From the NCBI RefSeq assembly GCF_030144855.1, contig NC_082722.1:20398001-20462000 (forward strand): a stretch of 64,000 bases of DNA, read 5' to 3'. The notes under the pieces are model-generated. The model was not told where the DNA came from and ran no database searches. It worked only from the letters and a program-made list of their open reading frames with translations. The position numbers were made by a program, and so were the translations under genes. The number at the start of each line of letters is the position of its first letter. Position 1 is the stretch's first letter. Shown here one piece after another: positions 1 through 12,200 of this stretch. This DNA is from Hypanus sabinus. Lineage: Eukaryota.

Positions 1-265
1 AAAAACTGAAAGGAATCACTGTAGTGAGTGGGGTTTCTACACACAAACAGTGCTGGGAGTGTGGAATGAGCTGCCAGGTTAAGTAGTAAATGCGGGCTCA
101 TTTTAACATTTAAGAAAACTTGTACAGGTACATGGACGAGAGGTTTATTAAGGGATATGGTCCAGGTGCAGATCATTGGGACTAAGCAGAAAAATGCTTC
201 GGCACGGCCAAAGAAGTGCCAAAAGTCCTGATTCTGTGCTGTAATTTTCTATTGTTCTGTGGTTC
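1..265 (+). mobile_element. CR1 LINE 3' end
   Basis: gtgtggaatgagctgccag (VWNELP) ORF2 C-terminal motif followed by the CR1 3' UTR and a ctatgtt-like tail. Confidence 0.8.
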
Positions 266-432
266 CTATTGGGAAGGAGAATGCAGAAATGGCAATATGA
301 GAATTAGATATATGCTACGTCCTCAGTTGCACAGTTTAGCTAATGTATAATGATATAACATCGGCTTAGCTCCAAAAACTTGGCACAATAATTCTGTGTA
401 TAAGGTCAAATGATAGCGATAAATGTAACTCA

Positions 433-625
433 CCGAACTGTTGCTTCTGTAAGTTTTCGAAAATAAAACGAAGTGTGGCGTTTTCTGTTTAATTGAAGCT
501 GTAACATGTTTCACTAAATTCCAAACCTACAGGAGAAAGCGCACTGACACTTTCCGTGATAACGTCGTCACGTCAGCGTAGCCCCTTAATATGAAACCAC
601 AACCCAATTACGTTACCCTACGCAG
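433..625 (-). promoter_or_regulatory. Candidate promoter and first-exon donor of a gene running out of the left edge
   Basis: Locally CpG-rich. CRE-like TGACGTGA (568-575), RUNX-like TGTGGT (596-601), CCAAT (604-608), strong minus-strand donor CG|gtgagt at 433. Confidence 0.3.
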
Positions 626-689
626 CGCCTCCCATACCCCCAAAGCTGCAATGAGTCTACAGTCGGAATGAGGTCACAATCAGTTTTGA

Positions 690-1140
690 GGAGAAACATC
701 TTATATTCCGCCTGGGTAGCCTACAGCCTGATGGCATGAACATTGATTTCTCGAGCTTCCCGTAATGCCCTCCTCCTTCAACATTCCCGATCCCCAGTTC
801 CCTCTGTCAACTTGTCTCCTTACCTGTCTATCACCTCCCACAAGTGCTCCTTCGTCTTTTATTTTTCCCATGCCTTTCCATCTTCTCCTACCAGATTCCC
901 GCTTCTCTAGCCCTGTATTTCTTTCAATAATCAACTCTCCAGCCCTTTAGCTCACCCCAGCTCCCGCGTTCTCCTATCACCTTGTGGTTTTTCCTCCCCT
1001 CCTCTCACTTTCTTATTTGACTCATCATCTCTTTTTCCCCAGTTCTGATGAAGGATCTCGGCATGAAACGCTGATTGTTTTATTTTCTATTGGTGCTGCC
1101 TGATTCGCTGATTTATTCCAGCATTGTCTGTGTGTTGTGT
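690..1140 (+). mobile_element. Penelope-like element 3' fragment
   Basis: EEKHLIFRLGSLQPDGMNIDFS, the C-terminus of a GIY-YIG ORF, then a pyrimidine-rich 3' region and terminal motif. Confidence 0.75.
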
Positions 1141-2089
1141 TTCCTTTGTTCTAGCCGTTCTGGGTTCACTACTTTTGAATAACATGTGTTGAAGGACGTT
1201 ATTAGTCTTTAATCGTTTAGGGGTCGGAAGTACAGTAAAATAGCTATGACGTCCATATCAATCGTAATTGAATTGATTTATTCTTGCATGGATATCGTTC
1301 TCAACGTTCCATTTTGTGCCTGTTCATGTTCGAATATTCGAATGCCTTTAACGGATGTGAAAATACCAGTATTCTCTGGTAGCGCGTCCAAGCCGCCGAG
1401 CATTCTGTGTTTCAAATACCTGCCATGTAAAGATAATTTAATTTTCCCTCTTTTATCTCAAGGCTACGCCCTCCACTTACTGGCACTAATATGCACGAGC
1501 GATAATGACAGAGAGAGTGACAAGACTAACATTGTTATGTAATCCCTGTTGATGAGCGTATTAAGACACTGGTCAGGAGACAGAATCTAGTATCATCTAT
1601 AGGGAACAAGTTCGAGTGAGCCCCTTCAGAACTATAGAGATACTGTGGTACACTTGGGAGAAATCGTGACAGAACAAATATCGCATGAAATATCTTGCAA
1701 TGTTATATTAAGCGGAAATCGAGAAATAGCGACTCTGAAGAAACAGCCTTATCATCTATGTGTGGAGCAACTGGCGATGTCTGAGCTGAAGGTTTTAAAT
1801 TATTTTCTGTATAACTGTGGTGAAAATCATGGCACTGATGAAATTAATGGACTTAATTAAGCGAATTCCAATGATTTCAAACATCCACATGCGATCAGGT
1901 GAGGGGTTGTGATGGGGCGGAGGATGGGCGAGGTGGGAGGTTTGTTCCAGCGGTGTAACAACAGAGTATGTTTGATGAGACCTGATCAAGGTCGACATTG
2001 TAGTAAGTTCGGAGAGGAAATGTAATGACAATTGCAGTGATATGAATATTGTCTTTTACTACGGCTGTGGCAACGGAACACAGAAGTGA

Positions 2090-3660
2090 GGGTAATGTGC
2101 ATTTATTTAAAGGCCCTGCAAGGATAAGCCGAGAGTTATAGGTGGAAAACCTGACATCGGTGCTGGGAAGACAATGGGGTGGATTCTGAGGTAGACATTC
2201 TCTCAGAGTTTAAAGGCGATGACTAAAAATGCAACAGTCAGCATGGATATGTCATAGGGAATCTGTTCTCACATATTTCATTGATTTGTTTGAGATGTGA
2301 GGCAGAGATTTGCTGAGGGCAGGGCAGTAAACTGCACCTTCTTTGAGATTCACAACGTCCAGTACGGCAGACTAATATAGAAAGCCAGATTGAATAGGAA
2401 CCAGGGTTAGCCAGCCGATGAACACGAGGGACCCGAAATGGTTTTGTATAACATAAGAAGGTGATTTGCTATTCAAGAATGAAGGCCTCCAACTACTGAT
2501 GTACTGAAGAGGGCGGTTCAGGTTTCACTACTCTTTGTCACGCTTAAGAGGATAATATTGTTAACATCATTAATAACTTCGGGGAGGCAACGAAATTGCT
2601 GTTACAATAGAAAGCGAAAGCTAACCAACACTATGAAGTGGGAAAGTGGTCCCTCAAGTGCAGATATAATATAACCTGGACAGTGGAGAAATGTTGCATT
2701 TTGGTTGGATACAATAAAGCTGGATTTACACAGTAAATTGCCCTGGTGGTTGAAGTAGAATACAGCGACTGAGGGCAAGTGGCAATCGACGTGAAGAGAA
2801 AAGTGAAGAAGGTGTTTGTCTCATTTGACACAACAGATGGGGCAGTGAGTGTAGGGTCTGGGATGCCCTGTTATACTGTACACGTCGTTAGCGAAACGCT
2901 AAGAGTATTCTGTGCATTATTAACACGTAAAAACACTCTGGAGGAACGTTGACTGCTTTTGTCCACTGATGGTACCCGACCTGCTGAGTTCCTCTAGCGT
3001 CTTTGTACGTGTTGATTTGACCACAGTATCTGCAGTGTACTTTGTGTTTTCTGTGCATTATTTGTCGCCCAGCTATCGAAAATGGATGGATGTCCTTAAC
3101 GTACTGCAGAAAGGAATCACGAGTATGTTCTCTGGAGAGCAAGCTTTTATTGAGAGGCTGCGTTATTCTTCCTTGAGTACAACAGGTTGAGCGATGACCT
3201 TATATCGGAATTTTAAGCGACGAGGGGTGTAGGCAGACCTAGCTTACAGTCTTTTACCCAGGATAGGTTAATCGAAAATGAGAACACATCAATTCAATGC
3301 GTCAGAGATGAGATCTAAAATGGGTATAGCGAAATTTTTCAACAAATGGTAGCTTGATAAATGTAAAATTTACAAGAAGGTAGAGCTGGGTTCTGTAGCA
3401 ATGTGTGAAATGCAGTTGGATTGGTATGTTATGATGTGTTACAAGAAAAAAAAGGATTGCAAAGGACAAAAACGGTCGTCTGGGAGATCAGATGGATAAC
3501 CTGTGGACGGATCCAACAAAGAATAGGGAGATCTTAAATCGATTCCTTGCATCCGTATTTACTCAGGAAAAGGAGTAAGTTCTGTAGAATTGACGCAAAG
3601 CAGCAGTGAGGCTATGGTCTTTTATTTCTTGATTGAAATCTTTGAAAATTGGGTCGAAGA
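2090..3660 (+). mobile_element. Old degenerate CR1 RT, interrupted by a short interspersed fragment at about 2925-3035
   Basis: Remnants of LFKKG..DKPGNYRP.SLTSV.GK and later RT motifs; many stops. Confidence 0.7.
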
Positions 3661-3889
3661 CCAAAAGGAACCCAGCATGATCTATGACTGTATGCTCCTT
3701 CTTCCCTTCTCTTATCTCCAGTGATCTCAGCAATTCTCCGTCAGGTACAATACGTTACATTTAGTGCCCAATATTCTAATTTTCCGCATGTGTCTAACAT
3801 TTTGTACAAATGTTCGTAAAATAATAATCACATCAGAAACAGAAGAGATTTTGCAGAATGGCTTGTAATCCATAACAACACATAACATA

Positions 3890-4610
3890 ACATTGTAAAG
3901 GAGCTCAGCCGGGAAGGAAGCGTGTATGAAAGTGAACAAACTGTCTATGTTTCGGGTCAAGACCCTTCATCAGCATTGGAAAGGAAAAGGGAAGATGTCA
4001 GAATACTAAACCCGGAGGGTGAAAGGAGGACTAACAACAAGGTCATGGGTAAAGGAAGGTGAGTTTGGGAGAGGATATATAGTAAAAATTGGCAGGTGAT
4101 AGATGGAGAAGGAAAAGTACTGTAAAAGAAGGAATCTGATAAGATAGATAAGACCGTGCGAGAAAGGGAAGCAGGAATGGCAAAGGAGGGGATATAGGTA
4201 GATGAGGAGAAGAGGTAGGAGGCTAGCGTGTGGATATGAGGAAAAAGGGTGAGAAAAACATTAATGAAAGGAGAAATCTTTCATACCATCAGATTGGACG
4301 CTACCTAGACTAAAAATGAAACGTCGATCCTCCACCCTCAGGGTAGCTTCATGGTGGCAGAAGAAGAAGCCGAGGACCGAAATGTCGCAACGAGAATGGG
4401 GATAGGAAGGACAATGGCTGGCCACCGAAAGTTCCACTTTTTTGTGGATGCAGTGGAGTTGCTTGAAAAAGCGATCGTCTAATTTATATTGGGTCCCACC
4501 AACGTAGAGCAGGCGGCATCGGAAGTACAGGACAGAATAAACAACCATAATAGATTACAAGGTGAAGGTGTTGCCTCACCAGGACGAGCTGTTTGGGGCC
4601 CTGAGTAGCG
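3890..4610 (-). mobile_element. Penelope-like element, GIY-YIG endonuclease remnant
   Basis: ORF 4261-4548, VYSVLYFRCRLLYVGGT...LSVASH...HS...EATLRVED..FIFSLGSVQSDGM, matches the VY..RC..CGLLYIGET pattern. Confidence 0.8.
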
Positions 4611-5519
4611 GTGACAAATTATATCGCTTAAGTACTATTTCCCTGTTGACTTGGTCTGAAAGGGACATTTTCCTTCCATTTAGATTTACATTCCAGATTC
4701 GAAACCAAATGCTCTCTTCATCCAAGTATCGACTCAGCTCAGTACAAGTTTGGCAACATTTCATAGTCATTTACAGAGGAAAGTTTTTCTAGAATCCACC
4801 TCGGTGTTGTAACTCATAACACAAATAAAAAAAAAATACATTCTTCATAGGAAAGCCAGTTCTGTTTTTTTTTTACTGTATGTTAAGCCATATAGAAAAT
4901 CATTGACAAAATTCCCACTAGATCCCAATATTTTCTGAATCAAATGAAAGTAATTCTCAATACGTCGCCATGTATTCTGTCATTACGGGCTAGTCAAGGT
5001 TCTCAGCTCGAAAAGTCACCTGTTCATTCCTCTACATTGACGCTACTTCACTCTTGGACTACTGGATAAACAAAATGTTTCTCTTGACATTGATATTGTT
5101 ATGAGTTTTCTGTACTACTGTGATGTATAACTGGTTCTGAAATTGTATTGGATTTTATTTGATGTTGTGATAACGCTTCACATTATTCACTTTGCAGAAT
5201 ATTTAAACTGTAGAATCGAAACACGAATGTTGCAGAACAAATTGAGAAACTTTTTGTTTGGAGGAAGAGGGTTCGAAATCATTCGTTTTAACTTTGAGCC
5301 ATTGTTTTTAACCTGAGCATTGAAATTAAAAAAAAACAAGTCTGCAAATCGATTTTTGAGCTAGAAGCAAACTGTACCCACAAAGACTTTCGATAATATC
5401 GTTAGCCTCATTAGTGCATTTCTACTTCTGCTATTTGTACCTTCCTGTTGACCTGCGTGAAAACTTTGTTGCAGATCATAAGCCAAAAAAAGAAATTGAA
5501 TTGTGGTGTACAGCACGTA

Positions 5520-6150
5520 ACAGGCCCGTCTCGAAGATTCGGAACGATATATTTATATAACTGCTATTTTCCTTTCCTCTATCACTTCCTCCGGCAAAAT
5601 GTTTTGTACATCTAACCTACTATGTGTTAAAACCCTGCCATGCAGAGTTCTCCTTTAAATATTTCTTCTCTGAATTCAGGACGATGTCCTCTAGCTTTAG
5701 GTCCCCGGGCTTGGGAAATTGACTCTGAGTATCCACAATATTAATAACTGCAGCAATGTTTACCCAAGGTTCATGTTATCCTCCAGTCTGCTATACTCCA
5801 GAGTCAAAAAACCTTTTCTATACAATCCCTCCATGCGACTATAGTCTCCCCTTCAAAGCCATATCCCGGTGTATTTCTACTGCAATATTTCTAACTCTAC
5901 CTCGTGCATTCTATCTTGCGGTGACCAGAAGTACACGCAACGCTCCAAGTATGGCCTAGCCAATGGCTACAGCTGCAACATGATGTCCCAACACTCGTTC
6001 ATACACTGGCAAGACAGCAAGTTGGCCAAAAGCCCCGTTATCTGATAACCACATATATCGTCTTTTCAGGAGACTATCCATGTGTCCACTAAGGTTCTTC
6101 TGTACCTCAATATTTCCGTGTAGTGTATATTTCCTGTCTGTGCAAGTGGC
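5520..6150 (-). mobile_element. CR1 3' fragment (degenerate)
   Basis: Reverse-strand CR1 ORF2 C-terminal motifs; paralogous copy at 25800-26340. Confidence 0.65.
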
Positions 6151-8249
6151 TATGTAAATAATAAATACAGGAGTTTCTGGAGATGCTGAAATCCAGAGAA
6201 ATGAATACAAAATCCCTGCAAGAACTTAGCAGGACTCACTGTATTAATGGAAAGGAAAGAACAGTTGACTTTTTTGAGCCGAAAACATTGATTAACGTGA
6301 GTCCCTTTCTTCGAGATACGAAGCAATGCCCCTCTAATTTTGCAGGAGCGTAGACTGACCATCGCTCTGAGCAGGAAATTTTTACACGGCCTCTCAGATG
6401 ATTATGCACGGGCTGGTAGCTTATTTACAACGAACTATCGATTTCCAGTCTGAGCTTATTGTGAAATGTGTACCAGTGTTGTAATCTGCAACACTGACAA
6501 TGTAAGAACGTTGAAGCTCTAAAGTGTTTTACATTAAAGTTGTCGTGTATTCATTATGCAAAAACCCAATGGTTTATATGCATTAGCACACAATTATATG
6601 GTATTTCTCAAATTCATTAACAGAGATTTCATAATCATATTAGTATAATTTCAAAATTAGATTAACATTATGTAAAATGAAGTTTGAACTGCGTGTCAGC
6701 AAAGACCATGAGAGCAGGAGCAGTTCAGCTTCTGCGCGGTTGCATACCCTCACAGATTAATGGGAACAGTGTGGGAACGTGTGTAAAGACGATGTACGGA
6801 GGAGGCTGGTTTACTAATGAACTGAATTGCGTCCACAAACATCTGTAATTTTGTTCTTGATGTCATGCCCCGTCCTTCGCTGTCAAATTTTTGAGTATTA
6901 CCATTAACTTGCATCCTACAAAGAGCTTTGAATCACGTCCAGGGTAAATATTGATGTACAGACACTTCCCATTGTGATCATTACAGACGCGAATTCACCT
7001 TCTCCGAAAAAGCACAATTTTCATATCGACATGTAGATAAAGTAGTCGTCCAGTGAAAGATGGAACATTCTCGGTGGATTAAAAAAGGGGTCATTCAGAA
7101 AAAAATTACCCAATGAATAACAAAGCAACCCTCTTTGAATTCCAGTCACAAAATTTAACGATGTCAATAAAACCTGAAATTTTTACCAACATTTCGATGA
7201 TGGCCAATAGGGACCCATTGCCCTACCTCCTGCATGACACTATGCATTGATATTTTTAAGTATATCACTGTTCCTGAGTTACCGGAAGTCTTAGGCAACA
7301 GGATAGGCAAATGCTTTCTTCTCAGCCGAACGCGCCAGAAGAATTAAATTTTGTCTCACAAGGTACTAACCTTACTTGCTGTTATTTTACATAAGTTACA
7401 AATTGCATTAGCTTGAAACCTTACCACTGAATTCAATGCTGCCATATATCGGTTTCCCTGTTGGTTGGAGCACAATCCCGTGAATGTTTACGAGATGCCA
7501 AAATCATTATCTGTTGTTTTCTTCTTATAAGGTATTCCAGCCACCGAATTATTTGGTCTGAAATACAACGAAGCTGCTCGACGAATTCAATGGGCTATAC
7601 AATATGTGTGAAGGCAAGAGAATGGTTAAAGTTTTGCGATCGAGACTCGGGAGTAGAGGGAAGAGGGAAGATACCCAATAAATAAATGTGAGAAGGAGGT
7701 GTGTGACCGAAGCAGTCAGGTGTTACGTGGAAACAAACTGCGGGCTGGAGTGGCGGATTGTTTGCAACCTGAACGATATTCGCTTCTTTATAACTGGCGG
7801 CTTCTACCCGCATTAAAAAAAAAGTTTGTCTCGCCAATGACGGCGAATCTCTGGATTTTTTTTTTTACTTCGTCTGATGAATATTGAGGTAAATCATTGT
7901 GGCATATTTGATGGAATGTAGCTTTTCTTTTTACTTGAAATCATTGAGAAATGTGCGATGGACCAGAAGAGGAGGTGATGACTCAGCATATCAGAAATTA
8001 TCACATTGAATGGCATGACAGTAGACAGAGGCGGAATGGCGGATCCCGATTCACAAGTTTCTTACTTTTTTTTCTGTACAATGAAGGAATAGGAGATATG
8101 TCGAAGTCGAAAATGACCTCTTCTCTTCCCGACTCATATATTTATGATATCGATTGTCATTTTTTTTGTCTGGATGTAGGGAATGAAACGAAGCAATGCC
8201 TCGGGTCTGCACCCATTGGTGGTCTACAGCTCGGAACTACAACTGGATT

Positions 8250-8390
8250 CTCAGCTACACAGCTTCCTTGATGTGTTTACTATATATCTGCACTCAACGT
8301 ATGTTTGCGTTGAAATTTGGTTGCTGATGTGTTCATGGAATTTTAAGGTTGCAGAGCTGCGCAAGTCAGTTTGTCAGCTCCATTTGTAGA
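8250..8390 (-). pseudogene. Degenerate duplicate of the ITIM exon in the 3' region of gene A
   Basis: GADKLTCAALQP* aligns to GAVKLTYAALQI. Acceptor AG is mutated to AA, Tyr to Cys, with in-frame stops. Its flanks match the flanks of 35690-35809. Confidence 0.8.
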
Positions 8391-9127
8391 TTGTGGAAGT
8401 AATATCAAACTCGAGCATCCAGTGACTAATAGAATCAAACGATCGTAAAATATATCAGTGATGTACTTATCAAATTGAACTTTACGTTTCTGCCGCTTGA
8501 CACAAAGTTTATGTCAGCGTTCTTCAACACTTCCCTTTTTAAATCATTGAGAGTTTGAACGGCAAGAGCCTCTCTTATCCCACAGAAGAATAACCATTTC
8601 GTTCTTTATTTAAAATGAATTTCCTCAAAATCTAATTAGGAGAGTAGAGAATTCATTGACGTAATAGTCATATTACTAAATATTTGGCTAACTCACAATA
8701 CAAGCATATTTTTCAGTTATTTCTGCTGATTTTTGCAACCTGATACAACTGCTGAGCACACAAGAGGTTGTTTCACTGCAATTGAAGTTTAATTTGAACT
8801 TGAGCTTCTCCGGAGAGGACTTTACTATATCGTGATTATATATCGTCAGCGATATTGTTGTTCCCCAAGCTGACGTATATGAACTAGAGCAGATTTTTGA
8901 ATCCCATAAACTGATATCTCTGACGTTATTTTGAAAGTGAAAAAAATATCTATTGATAAGGGCAGAATGAAATTTCGCTCGTCCGTCGCAATGTCCGCTA
9001 TTCTTATTCGTATCTTTCAGTACTATTTCAGCCGTCGCTCTTTAGCTTCCCTGCAGTAGATAAGGAGAAACAACACGGGAGACATGCATTCGTTCACAGT
9101 CCACAGAAACGAAGCCTTTTTCGATTT

Positions 9128-9261
9128 TCAGCTTCCCGCTTCTTGTAGACACTTCACATCTGCGTACACTGAATCCTTGTTATCGTGCTTAAATGACGAT
9201 ATTTTATTGTTTTGAAGCTGTAGAGCGGCGTATGTCAGCTTTTCATCTCCACCATGTCGAG
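9128..9261 (-). CDS. Gene A terminal exon with two ITIM-type motifs (LTYAAL, SVYADV); 1-nt deletion near its start
   Basis: Acceptor ttacttccacag. Phase-0 reading stops at 9235 (TRHGGDES*). Adding one A to the GATGAAAG run (9240-9242) gives TRHGGDEKLTYAALQLQNNKISSFKHDNKDSVYADVKCLQEAGS*, colinear with the intact paralog exon at 35690-35809. Confidence 0.85.
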
Positions 9262-12200
9262 TCTGTGGAAGTAATTCAATATCGAGTCTTTATCAATTGT
9301 CCAGCAAAAAAGCGAAGCGATAGATTTTAAGATACAATTGCAATGTATGTAATAATTTTCATTTTCAGATAACAGCCATTTAAAACCGTTTGCACTGAAA
9401 GAGGCAAAAGAGAAATCGCTGTTTATTTTTTCCTCACTGAAATTTCGTTGCCACGTTTTACATTATTTTATAAGGTATTAATTTACTCGGAAACTAAACT
9501 GCTTCCGGACTCGGGCTGCTTACGGAGGTCCGGGAGGTGGTCTGACCCCTGCACATGTAGCACCCAGGCCCACCGCTGTTTGCAGACGCCCTGGTGCTCA
9601 TCAGCTAGATCCTCAGCTATGGGTAAATATCCCCATTGTCATGGGGCAGCCGCGGGAGAGATGAAACCCATGGGTTTACTCGAGGCAGCAAATCTGGGGT
9701 GGAGCACCGAATGCGACTGGAAGTTATTGAACATCATTCCGGCAGCTTCTGCAGCCAAGCAGTAGACACACATATTGCTTTATCAGCTATCCTTTGGAGT
9801 AAACTGCTGAGGCCGAGAGGGGGATTTTCACGAATGGACGTCTTAGGATTTCCACATCTTTCGCATTGGCTTGTGATAATGATGATCATCACCGATTGTT
9901 CTTCGAGACGGCAAAAACACCACCAACCACCAAAATTGGACCCATACTTTTTTTATAGTTTAAGACATAAATTGCAATTATTTCTTCAACACACAATGCA
10001 GATTATGCATCTTACCCGACCACAGTCCCTTGACTTTACCTTTGCATAGACAACATTTTCGTCCTGGTGTCTGACCTTGTGAATTCTTTTGTTTATTTTC
10101 ACGTTTAGTGTAGCGTAGGTAAGCGCATGTTCAACTGGCGCGAGTCCAGCCTGTTACAAACAGGTAGTTGACACTATACACAAGTCTAATGCAATTCCAA
10201 TTCCATAAAGAGAAAATGAGTATGAAGACGTATCCCTAAATACGTTTTTCATGCGGCAAAGTAACATTCTAATACCAGTGAATGAAATTGCAATGTATAT
10301 TATTTCAGAAACGGTGCGAAATGTGTTTTCCCCAGTGCTGAATGTCCCTATGATCTTTTAAGATTGAAATTGTTCTTCAATCACTATTTATAAGACATGC
10401 CACGAGTTGGATGAGTTTCTCATCTCTCGCCATATTTTTCCTTCCGCGGTTATTTCCTTTTTTTCCTCCTTTCCCCAACAGTTTACGAGGGGACGACTGT
10501 CTCCTTTGCAGTCCTCCGACCCCACAGACTATTGAAGGAGCGTTTTGCCGAACAGCTTGTCACCGGCAGTCATGCACAAGAAGACATATCCATGCTTAGG
10601 TCGTAATTGATTATAATATTCCTCTACCAATAAGTTTGTGCAGAGCAAGAGGATTAGATATCAGGGAATAGGAACAAACAAGTGTGTATGGAACCACAGG
10701 AGATAGCAGAGGCACTTACTGATTACTTTGCTTCAGTATTCACTACGAAAAAGGATCTTGGAGATTGTCGGAATGACTTATAGGGGACTGAAAAGGTTGA
10801 GTATGTAGATATTAATAAAGAGTATGTGCTGGAGCTTTGAGAAAGCATCAAGTTGGATAAGTCACCGAGGCCACACGAGATGCACCCTAGGGTACAGTGG
10901 GAAACAAGAGTATATTGCTAAACCTCTGGCGATAATCTTTGCATCAGCAATGGCGGTGGAAGAGGTTCTGTAGGATTTAAGGGTTGCGGATCTTGTTCCC
11001 TTATAAAAGAAAGGCAGTATAGATAGCCCGGGAAAATATTGCCCTGTTAATCTTACGTCAGTGGTTGATAATTTGATACAGAAGTTCCAGGGAGGCAGAA
11101 TTTATGAACATTTGGAGAGGCATAATATGATTAGGAATAATCATCATGGCCTTGTCAAAGACAAGTCATGCCTTACCAGCCTGATTGAATTATTTTGAGG
11201 ATGCGATTAAGCACATGCGATTAAACACATTGACGAAGGTAGAACAGTAGATGTAATGAATATGAATATCAGGAAAGAATTTGACAACGTACCCCATGCA
11301 AAGCTTAAAGAGCAACTAAGGATGCATGGGATCCAAGCAGATATTGCTTTGTGGATCCAGAATAGGCTAGCCCACAGAAGGAAAACAGTAGTTGAGGACG
11401 GGTCATATTGTGCATAGACGTCGGTGACTAGTGGTTTGCCTCAGTGATCTGTTCTGGGCCCCCGATTCTTCCTGATTTTTATAAATGACCTGGATGAAGA
11501 AGTGCTGGGATGGGTTAGTAAATTTGTTGATGGCACAAACTTTGGAGGTGTTTTGGATAGTGTGGAAGGCTGTCACATGTTATAGCGGGACAATGATAGA
11601 ATGCAAAACTGTGCTGAGAAGGGGCAGATGGAGTTACACTCAGATAAGTGTAAGGTGCATAATTTTAGTAGGTCAAATGTGAGCAGAGAATAGAATATTA
11701 ATAGTAAGACTCTTGTTAGTATGGAGAATCAGAGGGATCTCGGGGTCCGTGTCCAAAGGATGCTCAAAGCTGCTGCGAAGGTTGACGCTGTGCTTAAGAA
11801 AGCATACGATGACATGGCCTTCATCAATCGTGTGATGGGGTTTAGGAGCCAGGAGGTAATGCTTCAGCTCTATAGGACCCTTGATAGACCCCTCTTGGAG
11901 TACTCTGCTCAGTTGTCATCACCTCACTATGGGAAGGATATGGAAACCATAGAAAGGGTGCAGTGGAGATTTACAAGTATTTTGTTTGGATTGCGGAGAA
12001 TGCCTTATGAGAATAGGTTGAGTGAACTCGGCCTTTTTCTTTGGAGGCTGAGAGGTTACCTGATAGAGGTGTATAAGATGAAGAGAGGCATTGATCATGT
12101 GGATAGTCAGTGGATTTTTCCCAGGGCTGAAATGGCTAGCACGAGAAGTCACAGTTTTATGCTGCTTGGAGGTAGGCACAGGGAAGATGTCGTGTGTTGT

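Noticed and set aside
6740-6830. CVKTMYGGGWFTNELNC (paralog CIQTT*MGGWFPDDVNC near 27000-27070), resembling a fibrinogen-domain GGWW motif
   Set aside because: Cys spacing is wrong, the upstream FSTxD motif is absent, the paralog has a stop, and no splice sites support it.
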